Below, piece by piece: positions 63,346 through 64,000 of a stretch of 64,000 nt of DNA. The stretch is from positions 36,952,001-37,016,000 of the forward strand of contig NC_047029.1 in assembly GCF_902652985.1 (NCBI RefSeq). Direction: 5' to 3'. Origin of the DNA: Pecten maximus (lineage: Eukaryota). The translations under genes were made by a program, and so were the position numbers. The notes beneath the pieces are model-generated. The model did no database searches. It saw nothing but the letters and a program-made list of their open reading frames with translations, and was not told the DNA's origin. Within the stretch, counting starts at the first letter, position 1. Each line of letters begins with the position of its first letter.

Positions 63346-64000
63346 TACACTAGTTTTAGGTATTGTTTCAGCATCAACTCTTAGATCTTACAATGTTAAT
63401 ATTTTTGATGTGTGTGAGGGTGACAGAGCTAGGAGGTCGTCATTCCCTAGCTCCGTAAGCTTAAGTCCTTTGACGTGAAAAATGGCCGGATATTGTAGTT
63501 TAAACTTAGAAACACATCACACCATCTTTTGTACAACTTAACCACACATGTATGACACATTGCTTTAAAATATTGAATAAATTAAACAATGATATCATAT
63601 ATCTTTTTGTGATTTTTTAATTTTTTTTGTGTATTTTGATTGTTAGGGTTTTCGGTTCGAGAGTATGTATGCTACACTGTTTAAAACATCGGATGTTGCT
63701 TTATTTATTTATTTATTTATTTATTTACATCTATTTTTTCATTCTTTTTTTTATCTTTTTATTTATACCTATTTTTATTTTTTTTCATTCTTTTTTATTT
63801 ATTTACTTATCTAATATTATCTATTTATCTAAATATTTATTAATTATGTATTGATATTTATTTAGTTACCCAAAATTGACCTCAAATTAAAAGGTTTTAA
63901 CAATAATTCTTCGTTTTGGCAATAACTTTTAAACCGTTAGAGGTAGAACGTTACCTTTATCCACCACAGATGATGGACATTCATCTGTCATTGTATCTTG

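Overview
AT-rich, intron-containing animal genomic DNA; the repeat families suggest a bivalve mollusc (inference). Host genes: three 3-coding-exon MFS transporter genes of the MFSD4/NaGLT1 type. Two are + strand copies in a recent tandem duplication, each with a different lesion; one is an intact - strand paralog. The rest is mostly nested transposons: a Tx1/L1-type LINE relic, two decayed Gypsy elements, piggyBac and mariner relics, Helentron-like non-autonomous elements, tRNA-derived SINEs and a Spy-like element inserted at AAA|TTT with no TSD. Two highlights. (1) A young, full-length 9.9-kb Ty3/Gypsy retrotransposon (46903-56809; 285-bp LTRs with 3 mismatches, ATTG TSD, tRNA-Ser PBS, PPT). 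Its Gag begins with a ComEA-like helix-hairpin-helix domain, its integrase ends in a PHD finger, and its env position holds an intact 872-aa ORF3 with a complete TatD nuclease domain behind a splice acceptor. (2) A 28-copy, 49-bp tandem array (44341-45706) whose unit is essentially a hammerhead-ribozyme catalytic core. All calls come from motif reading by eye; no database searches were run.
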